A DNA stretch of 10,547 bases from assembly GCA_002729175.1 (NCBI GenBank), contig PBTS01000069.1:1-10547 (forward strand), written 5' to 3'. The notes below the pieces were generated by a model, which was given only the letters and a program-made list of their open reading frames with translations, was not told where the DNA came from and ran no database searches. Below are positions 7,021-10,547 of the stretch, piece by piece. Source of the stretch: Fidelibacterota bacterium. Lineage in GTDB: Bacteria > Fidelibacterota > Marinisomatia > Marinisomatales > S15-B10. Numbering within the stretch: the first letter of the stretch is position 1; every line of letters begins with the position of its first letter. Made by a program: the position numbers and the translations under genes.

Positions 7021-7451
7021 ACATATACCTTTATTTCAGTCTCCACATCAGTGTGAAGCTTAATAGAAACATTATGCACACCCAGCGATTTGATGGGCTC
7101 ATCCAGCTGGATAGCTTTCCGATCCACATCAAAACCTTGCTCTTGGAGAAGTTCACTGATTGTAATGGCTGTTACTGAGCCAAAAAGCCGATCATCTTCA
7201 CCGGCCTTTACCGGTGCGGACAGTTTCAGCTTGGAAAGTTGTTCAGCAACCTCACTATGGTGTACCGTGGTTTTTTTGTCTCGGGCCGAAATCTGATTCT
7301 TGAGCTCCTCCACTTCTTTCACATTACCGGGTGTCGCTTCTACAACTAAGCCTCGGGGCATAAGGTAGTTTCTGGCGTAACCATCTTTTACTCGAACCAT
7401 ATCACCCACGTCGCCGAGCTTGTCAATCTTTTGTTTGAGGATAACTTCCAT
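7008..7451 (-). CDS. rplI: 50S ribosomal protein L9 (bL9)
   Basis: MEVILKQKIDKLGDVGDMVRVKDGYARNYLMPRG...RLFGSVT...PIKSLG; 147 aa; SD-like AAAGGGG upstream. Confidence 0.98.
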   Translation of the reverse strand: MEVILKQKIDKLGDVGDMVRVKDGYARNYLMPRGLVVEATPGNVKEVEELKNQISARDKKTTVHHSEVAEQLSKLKLSAPVKAGEDDRLFGSVTAITISELLQEQGFDVDRKAIQLDEPIKSLGVHNVSIKLHTDVETEIKVYVIKE

Positions 7452-7471
7452 TGTCTCAGCCCCTTTCCTAA

Positions 7472-7702
7472 CTAACTGCTAAATTCATCGCCAGAGTAAG
7501 AAAGTAACGCAATGTTTCGCGCCCGCTTGATTGCACCGGTCAGCTGCCGCTGGTGCCTGGAGCAAGTGCCCGTCACCCGTCCGGGGATGATTTTACCTTG
7601 TTCATTCACAAACTTTCTGATCAGTTTAACATTCTTGTAATCAATAGTGAGAGCACGGTCCTCACAGAATTTGCATACTCGCCCACGTCCCATAAAAGCC
7701 AT
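7472..7702 (-). CDS. rpsR: 30S ribosomal protein S18 (bS18), zinc-ribbon (C+) form
   Basis: CKFC...IDYKNVKLIRKFVNEQGKIIPGRVTGTCSRHQRQLTGAIKRARNIALL; CxxC...CxxH ligands intact; GGAGG inside the 3' end of rpsF. Confidence 0.98.
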   Translation of the reverse strand: MAFMGRGRVCKFCEDRALTIDYKNVKLIRKFVNEQGKIIPGRVTGTCSRHQRQLTGAIKRARNIALLSYSGDEFSS

Positions 7703-7705
7703 AGC

Positions 7706-8080
7706 TTAACCCTCCGCTTCCATCGTTTTCTTAACTTCAACAACCTGTTTATCAAATGATGCTTCACCGTTTGTGTCTTCCCTGATAACAGGTGCATCAT
7801 CAAGACGGGTGGTGAGATATGCCAATATTGATTCCTGGAGTTCCATCCAACTGTTCAACTCATCGATGAAAGGTTCCTGAACAGAATATTGGAGCATCAT
7901 ATAGGTACCGTACCTGAATTTGTTCACTTCATAAGCAAGTCGTCGTTTACCCCAAGTGTAAGAGTTGACGATCTCAGCACCGTGATTCCTAATTCGCTCA
8001 TCCACATTGTTCTTGAGCTCATCTAACCGCGCATCCTCATAATCAGGGTGTGCGATATAGAGCGTTTCGTAGTATCTCAT
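7706..8080 (-). CDS. rpsF: 30S ribosomal protein S6 (bS6)
   Basis: MRYYETLYIAHPD...WGKRRLAYEVNKFRYGTY; directly upstream of rpsR; AAGGAG (8091-8086) 5 nt before the ATG. Confidence 0.97.
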   Translation of the reverse strand: MRYYETLYIAHPDYEDARLDELKNNVDERIRNHGAEIVNSYTWGKRRLAYEVNKFRYGTYMMLQYSVQEPFIDELNSWMELQESILAYLTTRLDDAPVIREDTNGEASFDKQVVEVKKTMEAEG

Positions 8081-8095
8081 ACTTTCTCCTTAATT

Positions 8096-10129
8096 CTATG
8101 AAATCAGTGGTGCAATGACCAATGAAACCACAGACATCAATTTGATCAGAATATTCAAAGATGGGCCAGCTGTATCCTTAAAAGGATCACCAACTGTATC
8201 TCCTACAACAGCGGCTTTATGCGCATCACTGCCCTTGCCGCCATGTGCCCCACTTTCAATATATTTTTTTGCGTTGTCCCAGGAACCACCAGCGTTGGCC
8301 ATAAAAATGGCCAGTAAAACACCGCTTACGGTCACTCCGGCCAGTACACCACCCAGCATTTCCGGATCCTTGAGTACCAGTCCGAAAAATACAGGTGTAA
8401 AGACAGCCAACAAGCCGGGCGCAATCATCCGCTTAATGGCTGCGGTTGTGGCAATATCCACACAGCGGGCATGATCAGCCTTGGCTTTTCCTTCCAGTAA
8501 GCCTTCTATTTCTCGAAACTGCCTTCTGACTTCCTCAATCATTTCAAAGGCAGCCTCACCAACAGCCCGCATGGCAAAGGACGAAAACAGGAAGGGGAGT
8601 GAACCTCCAATCAATAGTCCCGCCATAACTGTTGACTTCATAATATCAATTGAATCAAGACCTACTTTTGTCTGGTAAGCACCGAAAAGAGCCAAGGCTG
8701 TCAATGCGGCAGATCCTATAGCAAATCCTTTACCGATGGCGGCTGTAGTATTCCCCACAGCATCCAGTTTATCTGTTCTTTCACGAACTTCTGATGGTAG
8801 TTCCGCCATCTCAGCACAGCCACCGGCGTTATCTGCGATGGGACCGTAGGCATCCACTGCCAATTGAATTCCCGTAGTAGAGAGCATCCCCAGTGCCGCA
8901 ATTGCAATGCCATAAAGACCCGCAAAATTGTATGCTACTACAATGGCTATGGCAATGCTGAGAACCGGAAACACTGTTGATTGCATTCCGTTTGCCAAGC
9001 CGGAAATGATATTCGTAGCCGCACCAGTTTCACTCGACTTGGAGATACTTCTTGCCGGACCGCGGGATTCAGCCGTGTAGTACTCCGTCAGCGTCCCCAC
9101 AAGAATTCCTGCCACCAACCCAGTGATGGTAGCACCAAATATATCTACAGCTATTACAGCTTTGTCGTTCAGCATGGCTGTACCGGGAACAAAATAATCA
9201 ATGATAAAATAACTTACGACCAACATAAGAACTCCGGCGCCATATGTGCCGACATTGAGTGCGGTCTGAGGGTTGCCACCCTCCTTGGTTCTCACAAAGA
9301 ATGTTCCGATGATGGAAACAATAATGCCTGCTCCTGCCAGATAAAGCGGCAACATGACCAGGTCTGTGGCACCAGCCGCTGCCGCAAGGACCATGGCTCC
9401 AATAATGGAGCCCACGTAAGATTCGAATAGATCGGCACCCATGCCGGCTACATCACCCACATTATCACCCACATTATCGGCGATGGTGGCAGGATTTCGT
9501 GGATCATCTTCTGGGATTCCTGCTTCTACCTTTCCTACAAGGTCAGCACCAACATCAGCTGCTTTCGTATAAATGCCTCCACCAACACGGGCGAAGAGAG
9601 CGATGGATGAGGCACCCATGGCAAATCCTGAGAGGAGCGTCATCACGTGCTGAAGATCAACTCCTTCATTCAATCCGCCGTAAAAGTAAAACAGTGAAGA
9701 GAGACCAACAATACCCAAACCCACAACACTCATACCCATGACAGATCCACCTGCAAAAGCAACGCCAAGGGCGGAATTGAGGCTGGTTCTAGCGGCCTGT
9801 GTTGTACGGTGGTTGGCCGCTGTAGCTACTCGCATGCCAAAAAAACCAGCAAAACCACTACAAAGAGCACCAACAATAAAACTTGCTGCCACCATGCTGG
9901 TTTTTTGTGACGCATTGCCCCATGCAAGAAGTGCGGCTACCGCAACCACAAACACGGCCAGGACTTTATACTCCCGGGCGAGGAATGCCATGGCACCTTC
10001 CCGAACAGCTGTACCGATTTCTATCATCTTCTCATTGCCGGGATCCTGCTTATTTACCCAGGAAGATTTCACAAGCGCATAGATCAAAGCCAAAACACCC
10101 GCCAGTGGAATAAAATAAAACAAGTTCAT
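8096..10129 (-). CDS. hppA: Membrane-integral ion-pumping pyrophosphatase, K+-dependent, probably Na+-translocating
   Basis: 677 aa, highly hydrophobic. [128 protein letters not shown] at 10146-10141; ATG overlaps the pth stop (TAATG). Confidence 0.97.
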   Translation of the reverse strand: MNLFYFIPLAGVLALIYALVKSSWVNKQDPGNEKMIEIGTAVREGAMAFLAREYKVLAVFVVAVAALLAWGNASQKTSMVAASFIVGALCSGFAGFFGMRVATAANHRTTQAARTSLNSALGVAFAGGSVMGMSVVGLGIVGLSSLFYFYGGLNEGVDLQHVMTLLSGFAMGASSIALFARVGGGIYTKAADVGADLVGKVEAGIPEDDPRNPATIADNVGDNVGDVAGMGADLFESYVGSIIGAMVLAAAAGATDLVMLPLYLAGAGIIVSIIGTFFVRTKEGGNPQTALNVGTYGAGVLMLVVSYFIIDYFVPGTAMLNDKAVIAVDIFGATITGLVAGILVGTLTEYYTAESRGPARSISKSSETGAATNIISGLANGMQSTVFPVLSIAIAIVVAYNFAGLYGIAIAALGMLSTTGIQLAVDAYGPIADNAGGCAEMAELPSEVRERTDKLDAVGNTTAAIGKGFAIGSAALTALALFGAYQTKVGLDSIDIMKSTVMAGLLIGGSLPFLFSSFAMRAVGEAAFEMIEEVRRQFREIEGLLEGKAKADHARCVDIATTAAIKRMIAPGLLAVFTPVFFGLVLKDPEMLGGVLAGVTVSGVLLAIFMANAGGSWDNAKKYIESGAHGGKGSDAHKAAVVGDTVGDPFKDTAGPSLNILIKLMSVVSLVIAPLIS

Positions 10130-10547
10130 TAATCAACTAACTCCTCTGTCTGTGATCTGTTGAATTCAGCCATGGTCTTTTCCAAACCTTTGGTCAAAAT
10201 AGATTCCACTGCATCGGCACCTCGGATCATCATTTCTTCAGCCAAAGGCTGATCTTTCTTCCGGAACGGTTTTAGCACATAATCTTCTGCCGGCCGCATT
10301 TGCTCCTCCGTGCCAATACCCATGCGTATCCGCGGGAAGTCGGTGCTACCCAGTTGGTAGATAACCGATTCCAGACCGCGGTGACACCCATCGCCACCGG
10401 CCGGCCGAACCCGCATGGTACCCAGCAGAAGATCTACATCATCCACGATTATGTGAAGATCTGCCAGATCAATCTGCCAATGGGCCTGAACCTCCTTCAC
10501 TGGGATGCCACTTCTATTCATACCCGATGTCGGTTTAACCCAGACAA
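10129..10547 (-). CDS. pth: Peptidyl-tRNA hydrolase (5' part beyond window)
   Basis: Frame stays open upstream of the track's Met to the window edge: [13 protein letters not shown] (KP.T.MN.SG motif), [35 protein letters not shown]. Confidence 0.95.
   Translation of the reverse strand, partial: VWVKPTSGMNRSGIPVKEVQAHWQIDLADLHIIVDDVDLLLGTMRVRPAGGDGCHRGLESVIYQLGSTDFPRIRMGIGTEEQMRPAEDYVLKPFRKKDQPLAEEMMIRGADAVESILTKGLEKTMAEFNRSQTEELVD

Noticed and set aside
5736..7803. Plus-strand and alternate-frame ORFs within priA, rplI, rpsR and rpsF
   Set aside because: Fully overlap conserved genes and show no recognisable motifs.
9454..9478. Tandem repeat cacccacattat x2
   Set aside because: Encodes the universally conserved DNVGDNVGD motif of membrane PPases.
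8115..10113. Several plus-strand ORFs (65-149 aa) antisense to hppA
   Set aside because: Expected shadow ORFs opposite a gene rich in Ala/Gly/Val codons; no recognisable protein features.
10519..10521. ORF-track Met as the pth start
   Set aside because: It is the internal Met of the KPxxxMN motif; the frame is open to the window edge and the N-terminal catalytic region is missing.

Overview
A gene-dense stretch of core bacterial chromosome with all ten genes on the minus strand. In transcription order (right to left): pth (5'-truncated), membrane pyrophosphatase hppA (K+-dependent, probably Na+-pumping), rpsF, rpsR, rplI, a 16-bp perfect hairpin over the rplI stop plus an intrinsic terminator, priA (probably leaderless), a PorV/PorQ-family outer-membrane beta-barrel, a putative promoter, a DinF/PfMATE-like MATE transporter, a PaaI-type hotdog thioesterase, and a penicillin/cephalosporin/AHL-acylase-family Ntn-hydrolase lipoprotein. 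The acylase is missing from the ORF track because it runs off the left edge; I translated it by hand and it is open from 1729 to the edge. The PorV/PorQ barrel and gene style suggest an FCB-group diderm, possibly Marinimicrobia-like (inference only). I found no mobile elements, CRISPR arrays, tRNAs or rRNAs, and I cannot claim a clearly new biological system. The best leads are the ion-pumping PPase embedded in a translation operon, the double hairpin and leaderless promoter at the rplI/priA junction, and the MATE-thioesterase-acylase trio.
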